This document shows, one piece after another, positions 10,804-20,360 of a stretch of 64,000 nucleotides of DNA. Under the pieces are notes generated by a model. The model was not told where the DNA came from. It searched no databases and worked only from the letters and a program-made list of their open reading frames with translations. The DNA is taken from NCBI GenBank assembly GCA_965204735.1, contig OZ242008.1, positions 2,528,001-2,592,000 on the forward strand, given 5' to 3'. The DNA comes from Longimicrobiales bacterium. Its GTDB lineage: Bacteria > Gemmatimonadota > Gemmatimonadetes > Longimicrobiales > Gaopeijiaceae. The number at the start of each line of letters is the position of its first letter. The stretch's first letter is position 1. A program made the translations under genes and the position numbers.

Positions 10804-10832
10804 TTGACAGCCGCAAGCTTCTGGACAATAAT
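10804..10832 (+). promoter_or_regulatory. Sigma70-type promoter for the TonB-dependent receptor
   Basis: TTGACA (10804-10809), 17-bp spacer, AATAAT (10827-10832) in a divergent intergenic region. Confidence 0.7.
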
Positions 10833-10975
10833 CTCTTATGCGGAATCTTCCACATCGTCGCGCTGCCGCCGAGCCGCACGCTACTCCATATCGTTCGTTG
10901 CCGCAGGCAGTCGCCACTTGCCCTTCCGCGGGCACCCCACCCCAAGCAGTTCCGCCGGACCGCAGGAGACCATCC

Positions 10976-13900
10976 ATGACCAAGCTCCCCGCAACGCTCG
11001 GGCTTCGCCCCCGATTCGGCTGCGTCGCTGCCGCTTTCCTCGCTGCCGCCGTCGCCGCCGCTCCGCTGCAAGCACAGAACGCCACCGTCGTGGGCGTGGT
11101 GACGGACGCGGGCACAGGCCAGCCGCTGGCGGCGGCCCAAGTCTACATCCCCGCCATGAGCATCGGCGTGACGTCCCGAGACGGGGGCCGCTTCGTCCTG
11201 CCGGGCGTCCCGGCCGGCGCCCACGAGCTTCAGGTCGACCTCATCGGCTACGTGAGCGTGGTGCGCACGATCGAGGTTGCGGACGGGCAGACCCTGACCC
11301 TCGACCTGCAGCTTCACTCGACGGCGCTGGAGCTGGTCGAGATCGTCGTGACCGGGACCGCCTTCGAGGAGTCCCCCGTCACGCTCCCCTACTCGGTCTC
11401 CGTGTCGGGGCGTCGCACGCTGGCCGAGCAAGGGTCGCCGCAAGCCACCGACTTCTTCAAGAACCTGGGGGCCAGCCACGGGACTCTGGGCGAGCGCCAG
11501 GGCTGGTACAACACCAAGCAGGCCGGCTCCATGCCCGAGACCGTGGCGAACGTCAACCTGCGCGGGCTGGGTTCCTCCCGCACGCTCGTGCTCCTCAACG
11601 GGCGGCGCCAGACGTACATTCCGGTGCGCCAGTACGGCGGCCGGTTCGTGGACGTGAACGCCTTTCCGTCGATCGCCGTCGACCGGATCGAGGTGCTCAA
11701 GGAGGGCGCGTCGGCGGTGTACGGCTCCGACGCCGTGGCCGGGGTCGCCAACTTCCTGACCCGAGGCGACTTCGAGGGCTTCGAAGTCGAGGCGGCCCAC
11801 GAGTACTTCGCGGCTTCCGGCAACACCAACGCGGGCGCGATCTGGGGCGCTCCCGTCGGCGAGAGCTCCCACGCCGTGGTCTCGGCCGAGGTGCTGGTCA
11901 GCCAAGCCCTCAACGTGCGGGACAGGGACTGGGCGCTTCGAGAGTTCATCGCTGGCGCGGGCTCCTGGTCCTACACCGGCAACCCCGGCGCGTTCATCGT
12001 TCCGCAACTTACGGGTGACGAGTCGGGCGAAGAGTTCTCGGCAGCCCTGGTGGGCGCCCATTTCGGCGGCGAGGGCGGCGTCTTCGTGGACCCGGCGTGC
12101 CAGCAGTTCGGCGGCCACGTCGAGAACGAGACTTGCCGCTTCCGCTACCAGCCCTGGGACGACTTGCAGCAGGCGACTCGCCACGTGCGGGCGTTCGCCG
12201 AACTCAACGGCGAGTGGGGCGACGAGGGCAGCTATCACGTGGAGGGGCTCTTCGCCCTTGCGGCGCAGCCCGAGTGGCTGACCACTCCTTCCTATCCGCC
12301 GATCTACCAGTACACCGACGCTTGGCGGGTCGCCCCCGATCACCCGGGCCGCGTGGACGCCTGCAACAACCCCGACTGGCGCAGCAAGGGCGGCTTCGCC
12401 TCTCCGTCGGATTGCCTGGCGAACGACTGGTACTACTACGGCCGCTTGGTGGGGAACAGCGGTCCCGGCCGCATCTTGTCCCGGCAGTCGACTACGCAGC
12501 GCCTGGCCGCGTCGATGGAGCGGGTGGTGGGAGAGCTGGGCGGCGAGGACCTGACGCTGGACGTGGGCGCAAGCTTCTCCCGCGCCTCGGGCAACGTGAA
12601 CATCCCGTCCGAGTACGCCTACCGGAAGTTCCTGGCGTTTCGCGGCTTCGGCGGTCCCGGCTGCGGCGTGAACGTGGTGGTCGATCCGTCCAGCCCCTCG
12701 GGGATGGCCTTGGGACCCCTCGGCGGGGCGGTCGCCGGGCAGGGCGCCTGCATGTACTACAACCCCTTCAGCAACGCGCTTCAGCACTCGGCCCAGCCCG
12801 GCGCGACCTACGAGGGCCAAGCCAATCCGGGCTACAACGCGAGTCTGGCCAACTCGCCGGAGCTCCTGGACTGGATCAACGACGAGGTGGACCTGGAAGG
12901 CGCGGCCAACCTGCTGGTGGGCGACGTGCTGATGAAGGGGACTCTCGCCGAAGGCACGGCGAACTTCGCCGCCGGCTACCAGTTCCGTCGGTTCGCCGTG
13001 ACCGGGACGCCCAACGCCGCCGGCAACCTCGACGTGAACCCGTGTCCGGTGCTGGGCGACAAGAGCTGCGTGGACAAGGCCGGCGCCTTCACCTTCACCA
13101 ACGGCTTCTACCCGTACGACGCTTCGCAGACGGTGCACCGCTTCTTCCTCGAGGTGCCGATGACGTTCGGCGACCGGTTCAGCGCCCAGGCCGCCGCCAA
13201 CTACGAGTTCCACAGCAGCGCCAGCAGCTTCGACCCTCGGCTGGCCATGCGCTTTCAGATCGCCGATCCGCTGGCGTTGCGCGTGTCCGTCCAGACCACC
13301 TTCCGCACGCCGTCGGTGGACGATGTGCACCCGCAGCAGAACACGGCTTCGGCGTACGTGTCCCAGGTCGGGACGTACAAGGCGACCGACACCTACGGCA
13401 ACCCGGACCTCAAGCCGGAACAGGCGTTCACCTACAACGCGGGGCTCAGCTTGCAGCTGCCGCGCATGAGGGCGTCGGTGGACTACTGGGCCTACGACTT
13501 CCGCGACATGATCGAGATCCTCCCGTACAACTCCATAGCCAGCGCGTACGACTCGGGGGGATTGGCGCGGGAGATCGTCCAGCACCTGATCACCTGCCCG
13601 GGCAACCGTCGAGACGGTTCGTGCGACGGCCGCAACATCGAGCGGATCCGACTCGACATGGCCAACTGGCCGGGGATCACCACGTCGGGACTCGACTGGC
13701 ACGCCAGCGCCCGCATGCCGGCCGGCGAAGGGATCGTGTCTCTGGGCATGGACGGGACCTACACTCGCAGCTACGACGTGAGGGAGCTCTCCCTTGCCAG
13801 TCCCGACCAACCCAGCTTGTCCGTCGGGTTGCTGGACGCCCAGTCGGCGGTGGGCCAGCTCAACTGGGGCAGCCCAATCGCTCCCCCGCTGCCCCGCTGG

Positions 13901-14206
13901 AAGATGCGCTTCTCCCTGGGCGTTCATCAGGGCGACTACAGCTTGGTCAACTACATGAACACGGTCGCGTCCTACGTGAACGACGCGTTCGTCGGCTCCC
14001 AGTACGAGAACGTGGACCGCTGGCTCACCTGGGACCTGAGCCTGCTGCGGCGCTCCACGGGCAGCTTCGACGTGGCCCTCTCCGCCGTGAACCTTCTGGA
14101 CGCGGACCCCCCCTTCGTCGCCTGGGAGCAGAACTACGACGGCTTCACCCACAGCGCCCGCGGCCGGCGGGTCAAGCTGTCGGCGACTTGGAGATCGGGC
14201 CGATAG
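10976..14206 (+). CDS. TonB-dependent receptor with N-terminal carboxypeptidase-regulatory-like domain
   Basis: RBS CAGGAG; signal peptide; plug motifs NLRGLGSSRTLVLLNGRR and RIEVLKEGASAVYGSDAVAGVANF; GNPDLKPE; beta-barrel C-terminus. Confidence 0.92.
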   Translation: MTKLPATLGLRPRFGCVAAAFLAAAVAAAPLQAQNATVVGVVTDAGTGQPLAAAQVYIPAMSIGVTSRDGGRFVLPGVPAGAHELQVDLIGYVSVVRTIEVADGQTLTLDLQLHSTALELVEIVVTGTAFEESPVTLPYSVSVSGRRTLAEQGSPQATDFFKNLGASHGTLGERQGWYNTKQAGSMPETVANVNLRGLGSSRTLVLLNGRRQTYIPVRQYGGRFVDVNAFPSIAVDRIEVLKEGASAVYGSDAVAGVANFLTRGDFEGFEVEAAHEYFAASGNTNAGAIWGAPVGESSHAVVSAEVLVSQALNVRDRDWALREFIAGAGSWSYTGNPGAFIVPQLTGDESGEEFSAALVGAHFGGEGGVFVDPACQQFGGHVENETCRFRYQPWDDLQQATRHVRAFAELNGEWGDEGSYHVEGLFALAAQPEWLTTPSYPPIYQYTDAWRVAPDHPGRVDACNNPDWRSKGGFASPSDCLANDWYYYGRLVGNSGPGRILSRQSTTQRLAASMERVVGELGGEDLTLDVGASFSRASGNVNIPSEYAYRKFLAFRGFGGPGCGVNVVVDPSSPSGMALGPLGGAVAGQGACMYYNPFSNALQHSAQPGATYEGQANPGYNASLANSPELLDWINDEVDLEGAANLLVGDVLMKGTLAEGTANFAAGYQFRRFAVTGTPNAAGNLDVNPCPVLGDKSCVDKAGAFTFTNGFYPYDASQTVHRFFLEVPMTFGDRFSAQAAANYEFHSSASSFDPRLAMRFQIADPLALRVSVQTTFRTPSVDDVHPQQNTASAYVSQVGTYKATDTYGNPDLKPEQAFTYNAGLSLQLPRMRASVDYWAYDFRDMIEILPYNSIASAYDSGGLAREIVQHLITCPGNRRDGSCDGRNIERIRLDMANWPGITTSGLDWHASARMPAGEGIVSLGMDGTYTRSYDVRELSLASPDQPSLSVGLLDAQSAVGQLNWGSPIAPPLPRWKMRFSLGVHQGDYSLVNYMNTVASYVNDAFVGSQYENVDRWLTWDLSLLRRSTGSFDVALSAVNLLDADPPFVAWEQNYDGFTHSARGRRVKLSATWRSGR

Positions 14207-14235
14207 GCCGACAGCCCGACGGACGGACTCCGGAC

Positions 14236-15033
14236 GTGACCGAACTCTACGGCGACTGGCCGAAGATCAAGGCGCGGGTGGACGGCGAGGCCAAAGGGGC
14301 CCCGCTGTTGCGGGAGCTGTACGCCGAACTTCAGCGCCGCAAGGCCGGCTTCGAGGGCACTTTTCTGGCCGTGTTCCGCGAGATGACCGGCTACCCGGAA
14401 AGCGAGAAACTCACGGGAACAGGCCGCAAACTCAACAACTCGTTTTGGGGCCTCAAGACTGAATTGCTGCGGGCCGGCAAGTTGACGATCGTTGGCAAGC
14501 AGTCGGGCGTCACCGTCTACCGGATAAGCGCGGAAGACGGCCCGCCCACGGGCACGTGGCAGCGACCACAGACATGGCGCGACAACGCGATGGAAGCGAT
14601 TCGCGAGCTGACGCCGAGTCAGTTCGAGCACTTGGTCGCGGCGTGGGCGAAGGGACTCACGGGTGCCAAGCCCAAGGTGACACCACCGCGCGGTGACGGC
14701 GGTTTCGATGTGGTGGTAAGCTTCCCGTTGGTCGACAGCAAGGTGCGCATCGAAGCGAAGCTTTGGAACACGGCAAAGGTTGGATCGCCGGAGGTCGCTA
14801 GACTTAGGGGTGCGTTGAAGTCGCGCCGGGGCGACAAGGGCATCTTGATCGCGCCCGGAGGGTTCACCAAGGCGGCGGTGGCCGAGGCGGAGGCGGAAGG
14901 CAAGGCACCGATCAGGTTGGTGGACAGGAACGAGCTACTGGACGACATGAAGAAATACAAGCTGGGGCTGAAGGTTGAGATGGTAGAACAGGTTACGGTC
15001 GATCGGGACTGGTTCCGAAGCCTCGGGAAGTAG
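14236..15033 (+). CDS. Mrr-like restriction endonuclease (divergent N-terminal domain + Mrr_cat PD-(D/E)xK domain)
   Basis: LTPSQFEHLV, RGDGGFDVV, IEAK, VGSPEV, KGILIAPGGFTKAA, IRLVD; more A/T-ending codons than its neighbours. Confidence 0.8.
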   Translation: MTELYGDWPKIKARVDGEAKGAPLLRELYAELQRRKAGFEGTFLAVFREMTGYPESEKLTGTGRKLNNSFWGLKTELLRAGKLTIVGKQSGVTVYRISAEDGPPTGTWQRPQTWRDNAMEAIRELTPSQFEHLVAAWAKGLTGAKPKVTPPRGDGGFDVVVSFPLVDSKVRIEAKLWNTAKVGSPEVARLRGALKSRRGDKGILIAPGGFTKAAVAEAEAEGKAPIRLVDRNELLDDMKKYKLGLKVEMVEQVTVDRDWFRSLGK

Positions 15034-15050
15034 GCAGCCCCTGCCGCAGC

Positions 15051-15959
15051 TCACACGAACTTCACGCCCTCCATTCCGCCCAATCGCCGGGTCATCACGT
15101 CCAGCGCTTCCGGGTTGTCGTCGACGAGGACGAAGCGCCGGCCCAGCTCGAAGGCGACCGCCCCCAGGGTTCCGCTGCCCGCAAAGGGATCAAGCAGCAT
15201 GTCGCCCGGCCGGGAGGACGCCTGCACGATGCGCCGGACGACTCCCAGGGGCTTCTGGGTGGGGTAGCCGGTGCGCTCCTTGCCGTTGGTGGGCACGATG
15301 GTGTGCCACCAAGTGTCGGTAGGAAGCTTGCCGCGGGCGGCCTTCTCGGGTCCCACCAGCCCGGGCGCCATGTAGGGGATCCGCTCGACGGCTTCCGCGT
15401 CGAAGAAGTAGCGGTCGGGATCCTTGGCATAGAAGAGGATGTTGTCGTGCTTGGCGGGCCACCGACGCTTGGGGCGACCGCCGAAGTCGTAGGCCCAGAT
15501 GATCTCGTTGACGAAGCACTCGCGGCCGAAGATGTCGTCCAGCAGGAGCTTGGCGTAGTGGACTTCGCGGTAGTCCAGGTGCAGGTAGAGGGAGCCGGTG
15601 GGCGCCAGCAGGCGGTGAGCTTCCCGCATCCGGGGCGCAAGGAAGGAGCCGTAGTCGTCGAAGGAATCGGCGAATGCGCGGGTCGTGCCCCGGACGGTCC
15701 TGTAGCGCCGGCCCCCGAACCCCGTGCGGTCGCCGGCGTCGTCGCGGACGGTCCGCAGGCGGGTTCGGGCTTGGGCGCGGCCCGTGTTGAAGGGCGGGTC
15801 CGTGTAGACCAGATCGACGGAGCCGGAGGACATCTCCCGCAGCACGGGGAGGTTGTCGCCGAAGTGGACTCGGCCCTGGACGACTCCTTGGCGGGGGCCG
15901 GCGTCGCGCTGGGGCGACCGGAGCGGCGTCGTCGGCAAGGTCGAGCGGGGCGGCGTCAT
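15051..15959 (-). CDS. Site-specific DNA methyltransferase (N6/N4, beta class), apparently solitary
   Basis: GDNL, TDPPFNTG, YPTQKP, LDPFAGSGT; ATGA overlap with the kynU stop. Confidence 0.9.
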   Translation of the reverse strand: MTPPRSTLPTTPLRSPQRDAGPRQGVVQGRVHFGDNLPVLREMSSGSVDLVYTDPPFNTGRAQARTRLRTVRDDAGDRTGFGGRRYRTVRGTTRAFADSFDDYGSFLAPRMREAHRLLAPTGSLYLHLDYREVHYAKLLLDDIFGRECFVNEIIWAYDFGGRPKRRWPAKHDNILFYAKDPDRYFFDAEAVERIPYMAPGLVGPEKAARGKLPTDTWWHTIVPTNGKERTGYPTQKPLGVVRRIVQASSRPGDMLLDPFAGSGTLGAVAFELGRRFVLVDDNPEALDVMTRRLGGMEGVKFV

Positions 15960-17218
15960 GGACGAGGCGGGCGGACGCCGACGCCGGCGGCATCGGCCGG
16001 GTCGAAGCGGGCCGCAACTTCGCCGATGGCCACGGCCGCGTCGTCCAGCTGGGCGTCGGTGACGTAGGGCGCCGGCCCCAGGCGGAGGAGGGCGCCCCGG
16101 TGGTCGACGTGGACGCCCCGGCCGCGCAGGGAGCAGGCGAACTCGCCGGCGAAGGGGGTCGTCAGCGCGAGAAACCCGCCCTTGCGATCGAGGGGAACGG
16201 CCCGGTCGCGGGAGAGGACGGCAGGATCGAGGTCGAGCCCGTCGACGGCCTCTGCCAAGCGCCGGATTTGGGCCAGGCCCGAGGCTCGAAGCCGGTCGGG
16301 GGTCAGGCCGTGCTCCCGGAAGAAGTCGAAGACGGCGACGGCGCGGTAGTGGCTCGTGGGGTCGTACGTGGATCCGGCGAAGCGGAGGTGGCCGGCGCCG
16401 TATCGGGTCGGAGTGCTCGGCCATGGAGGGCCGCCGACGCCTGGCGGTGCATCGGGCGCGCCGGTCGCTTGCGCCGGAGGCTCGGCCAGCGCCCCGAACT
16501 CAGCGAACCAGCCGGTGAGGACGGGGCGGAGGGCGCACGCCGTCGGGAAGCGCAAGAAGCAGTTGCCTTCCCCGAGCTGGCAGTACTTGTAGCCGCCGCC
16601 CACCACGAACGCGCCGTCCAGCCCCATCTTGCGCACCGAGAACGGAACGGCGGCCAGGGAGTGGTAGGCGTCCACGAGAAGCTCGGCGCCCACTCGCGCG
16701 CAGGCTTCGGCGACGCGGTCCAAGCCCTCGACGATCGTGGCGTCGCGGAAGAGCACCGACGAAAGCAGGACCGCCGCCGTCCGGTCGTCCACTGCCTCTG
16801 CAAGCCGGTCGGCGACATCTGCTTCGGCGGGCGCCGCCGCGACTTCGACGCCCTCTTCGCGCAGCCGGCCCAGCTGGCGGTGGATCGTGCGAAACTCCCC
16901 GTCGGTGGTGACCAGGCGCGGACGCTCCCGCAGGGGCAGCGCCGACAGAAAGCGGGTCACGAGCTCGTGCGTGTTCTGGCCCAGGGCGATGTGGCCGTCC
17001 GGGTCGTCGAGAAGCCGCCGGAAGCCGGAGCGCACCTTGTCGGCCATCGCGAACGCTCGATCCCACTTGTCGTCCACCAGATCGGCCGCGTCCAGCCAAG
17101 CTTGCTGCTGGGCGTCGAAGGCCACGTCGGGCCATGCTTGATGCGAATGGCCCGTAAGCAGGACCCGCTCCCCGACTCGGAATCGGGCGTAGCGGCGGGC
17201 CAGGTCGTCAGGCCGCAC
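15956..17218 (-). CDS. kynU: Kynureninase (PLP, class V fold)
   Basis: LLTGHSHQAWPD, VDAYHS, GGGYKYCQLGEGNCFLR, TGWFAEF, RLGPAPY; same cluster as TDO; start approximate. Confidence 0.82.
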   Translation of the reverse strand: MRPDDLARRYARFRVGERVLLTGHSHQAWPDVAFDAQQQAWLDAADLVDDKWDRAFAMADKVRSGFRRLLDDPDGHIALGQNTHELVTRFLSALPLRERPRLVTTDGEFRTIHRQLGRLREEGVEVAAAPAEADVADRLAEAVDDRTAAVLLSSVLFRDATIVEGLDRVAEACARVGAELLVDAYHSLAAVPFSVRKMGLDGAFVVGGGYKYCQLGEGNCFLRFPTACALRPVLTGWFAEFGALAEPPAQATGAPDAPPGVGGPPWPSTPTRYGAGHLRFAGSTYDPTSHYRAVAVFDFFREHGLTPDRLRASGLAQIRRLAEAVDGLDLDPAVLSRDRAVPLDRKGGFLALTTPFAGEFACSLRGRGVHVDHRGALLRLGPAPYVTDAQLDDAAVAIGEVAARFDPADAAGVGVRPPRP

Positions 17219-20200
17219 CGGCGGCGGCCCGGCGTCCGAGGATGATCGAGATGTAGTCGTACTCGTCCGTGCGCTCCGGAAAGACGATATGGGCCTGCGC
17301 GAATCGCTCGCGCGTCCACGTACCGTCGTCGTACGACCGGCGCAGCTCCTCGTAGGGCGTGTTCGAAACGATGTACGAGTCCAAGGAGACGTGGTCCAGC
17401 CGGGACCGGGCGGCGGCCTTCCGGGCCAACGCGGGCAGGCGCTCGTGCAGGCGGGCCTTGTCGTCGTGCCGGTACGCGCCCGCATGGACCATGCCGTGGG
17501 GCTCCACGAACACCACCCGCTGGGCCGGTCCCTCCTTGATCCACAGGATGAAGTCCGGGTAGAAGCCGCGGGTGTCGAAGAAGCCGATTCCCCTGCCCCG
17601 CGTCAGGTTTCGCAACAGGAAGAGCTCCCGTCCCTTGCCGAAGTCGCCCCCGTGCGCTCGGCACCGGGCACGCAGGTCCTCGACGAACAGCGCTTCGCCG
17701 GCGTTGAGCCCCGGAGGCGTGGTCCGGATGCGGGCGTCCCGATCGACCAGCAGCGGCTGATACAGATGCCGGTCGAAGTAGATGCCGGGCAGGTCCGCCG
17801 TGGCCATTCGGTAGATGCGGTCGCCGTCCGCGATCAGCTCCCGAATCGCTTCCACCAGCGCCGTCTCGCCACGAGGCACTCGGACGGCGTAACGAGGGAA
17901 GTTCGCGTCTCGCTCGCTCACCTTGTCGTACACGACCTGCTCGGTGTCCCACCGCTCGCGACGGACGCGGCAGAACTTGTCCACGTACTTCTTCAGAACC
18001 GTCAGCACGGCATCTTCAAGAAGCTGCACGTCCTCGAAGCTCCGGGGGACCGAAACGTGGTCGTCCGCGATCAGGTCGTAGAGCGCGCGCCCTTCATCCG
18101 CCTCGACGATCCGCCTCGCCGCTTGGGGGCCGAGAGCCAGGTTCGCCAGTCCCCGGCTGTCCGCATACTCGACAAGCTCCAGATAGACCTTCTGCCAGTC
18201 GACCAGGGCAAGGCTCGCCGCCGGGATCGACTGGGAGCGCCCCGACCAGGCGTCACGGTCCCTAATGCCGTCTTCGTCGGCGTCCAGAGTGCGCACGCGC
18301 ACGGACTTGTCCACGCGCACCCGGATCGCCTCGTCGCGCTCGAAGAACACGTCTTCCTCGTCCACAAAGGAGCGTTCGTCGGGCATCCGGGGAACGAGCA
18401 GGCCCCGGTCCAGAAACGCGCGGTTGGGCTTCGCGTCCAGACGAAGCTCCAGCACGTCCCCTGTGTCCACGCCTTCCTGCTCCAAGTAGTTGCGGAACTG
18501 GAACATGTAGTCGGCGCGGACGGCGAAGATGTCCAAGGTTTCCAGGAGCTTCACGTCGGGAGGGTGCTCGCCGTCCAGGGCGGAACTCCGCTTGAGGCCG
18601 AAGCCCTTGCCGCGTAGGCGAACCCCGCGTCCGAAGAGCTGGATGATCTGTGAACCCTCGGTGCGACCGATGTTCATCAGCCCCATGTTCGCGACCCGCC
18701 AGGAGTTCCAGCCCTCCATGAACTTCCTGGCGCCGACCAGGACGTTGACGCCGCCCTCGGAATCGGCGATGCCCTCGAAGAGCGAGTCGCCGACGACGTC
18801 GTGCTCGAAGACGAAGCCCGGGTCGTCCGCCCGGGCAAGCTTGACGAACGCCCCGACGTCGCCGATGTAGATCACGCCGAAGCACCGGTCGGCCGTGCTC
18901 GCCCGAAGGCCGATCTCGCCCCGGCTGCCGCGCATCTGCCCCAGGTGAAGACCGCCCGAGGCCGATGCGTGAAACACTCGCGCCAACACGTCCCGATACA
19001 GGGCCTCTGCCGACAGACCGTCCTCGCGGAGGGACGCGAACCTGTCCGCGAACACGTCCCGCCCGTCGGCTCTTCGCAGTCCGCTGCCGCCTTCCAGCAG
19101 CCTGGCCGCCGTCTCGACCGCCCAGCCTTCCCGGTTCGCGAGCACGCGATGGAAGAAGCGAGCCACAGTCAGCACGTCGCTTCTCTTCTGCTTTCGCAGG
19201 GAGTAGACGGCGTTGACGGTGCCCCCGACGAACACCCACAGCGGATGCTCGACATTGTAGGACCGAATCGCGGGCTCGTGCTCGTCGAAGGCCCGCATCT
19301 GTTCGTAGAACGACAGCAGGTTGCCGAGGAGCAGCGTGTCCGTCGCGTCCTGCTCCCCCTCCTCTCCCAGGTTAAGGATGCGGAAGTCCTTGCCGTATCC
19401 GTCGCCGTGGAAGTATCGGTACGAGTAGTCGAAGCCGATCGACTTGCCGTACTCCGCCGTCAGCTTCTGGTTTCGCGCCGACGCCAGGGCTTGGCCGAAG
19501 GTGGCGCTGTACTCGAAGGTGAAGCCGCCCTTCCCGACTGCTTCGCGCGCCTTCCGCCACGCCTCGCCGCCCGTGCCTCGGTGCCCTTCGTCGACGAAGA
19601 CCAGGTTGACGCCCTCGAACGCCTCCACGGGAACGCTGGCGCCGCCGCCCCGCTTCTTCTCGACGAGCTTGGTGATCTCGACCACCTGCACCGCGTCCCT
19701 GTCGAGCGCCAGCAGGCCGCTGTCGTCAAGGTCGAAGCGCCGGCACGGGATCCCCGACGCGCGCATCTCGGCGATGTGCTGGCGGGTCAGGCCTTCGTTC
19801 GGCGTGACGAGGACGATGTTGTCCAGCGGCCGAGCGTTATAGTGCAGGAACTGGCGGTAGTTGACGTGCATGATCAGCGTCTTGCCGCTGCCCGTCGCCA
19901 TCCAGTAGGCGAGTCGGCGAAGGTCCGACGCCTGGATCGTCGGAAATCGGTCGTCGTACGTCTTGTACTGGTTGCGCTTGTAAGCCACCTCGTTCAGCGA
20001 CTCGACCAGATCCGCGGGACGCCGAAGGGCCCAGTCCAAGTAGAGCTCCGTGTACAACGCCGCCGCGTGCTGGAAGTAGCGGAACACGATCGGTCGGCCA
20101 CGCCCCTCGTTCACGGCTCGCAGGTGGGTCCGAATGTTCTGGTCGTAGCGGGCCAAGTCCTCAGGAGGCGCCTTCGTGCGTCGTCCCCGCGACTCCAGAC

Positions 20201-20360
20201 GTCTGTGGACATAGCTCCTTCCGGTGTCGTCGTAGCCTTCCGCGCACTCCTTCAAGTCGGCGAGCATTTCTTGGTTCGTCTTGTAGCCGAACTGCTCGTG
20301 AAGCCACGCAAGAAGGACTAGCCGCCGATCCAGCTTCGCCTTCGAGGCCCGCTTCGTCAC
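17208..20360 (-). CDS. res: Type III restriction enzyme Res subunit (SF2 helicase + PD-(D/E)xK nuclease)
   Basis: MATGSGKT, VDEGH, YSATF, QLFGRGVR, FYPDFILW...FVEPHG; coupled to mod. Confidence 0.88.
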   Translation of the reverse strand: MTKRASKAKLDRRLVLLAWLHEQFGYKTNQEMLADLKECAEGYDDTGRSYVHRRLESRGRRTKAPPEDLARYDQNIRTHLRAVNEGRGRPIVFRYFQHAAALYTELYLDWALRRPADLVESLNEVAYKRNQYKTYDDRFPTIQASDLRRLAYWMATGSGKTLIMHVNYRQFLHYNARPLDNIVLVTPNEGLTRQHIAEMRASGIPCRRFDLDDSGLLALDRDAVQVVEITKLVEKKRGGGASVPVEAFEGVNLVFVDEGHRGTGGEAWRKAREAVGKGGFTFEYSATFGQALASARNQKLTAEYGKSIGFDYSYRYFHGDGYGKDFRILNLGEEGEQDATDTLLLGNLLSFYEQMRAFDEHEPAIRSYNVEHPLWVFVGGTVNAVYSLRKQKRSDVLTVARFFHRVLANREGWAVETAARLLEGGSGLRRADGRDVFADRFASLREDGLSAEALYRDVLARVFHASASGGLHLGQMRGSRGEIGLRASTADRCFGVIYIGDVGAFVKLARADDPGFVFEHDVVGDSLFEGIADSEGGVNVLVGARKFMEGWNSWRVANMGLMNIGRTEGSQIIQLFGRGVRLRGKGFGLKRSSALDGEHPPDVKLLETLDIFAVRADYMFQFRNYLEQEGVDTGDVLELRLDAKPNRAFLDRGLLVPRMPDERSFVDEEDVFFERDEAIRVRVDKSVRVRTLDADEDGIRDRDAWSGRSQSIPAASLALVDWQKVYLELVEYADSRGLANLALGPQAARRIVEADEGRALYDLIADDHVSVPRSFEDVQLLEDAVLTVLKKYVDKFCRVRRERWDTEQVVYDKVSERDANFPRYAVRVPRGETALVEAIRELIADGDRIYRMATADLPGIYFDRHLYQPLLVDRDARIRTTPPGLNAGEALFVEDLRARCRAHGGDFGKGRELFLLRNLTRGRGIGFFDTRGFYPDFILWIKEGPAQRVVFVEPHGMVHAGAYRHDDKARLHERLPALARKAAARSRLDHVSLDSYIVSNTPYEELRRSYDDGTWTRERFAQAHIVFPERTDEYDYISIILGRRAAAGAA

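Noticed and set aside
10833..10975. Cobalamin or other riboswitch in the TonB receptor leader
   Set aside because: Only a GCCACT-like fragment; the other conserved B12-box elements were not recognisable. An Rfam search would settle it.
10505..14152. Very long alternative-frame or antisense ORFs (e.g. 1215 aa here, 37648-41238, 30939-34568 upstream part, 7876-11115 upstream part)
   Set aside because: Shadow ORFs expected at high GC; Arg/Gly/Pro-rich with no motifs, and they overlap well-supported genes.
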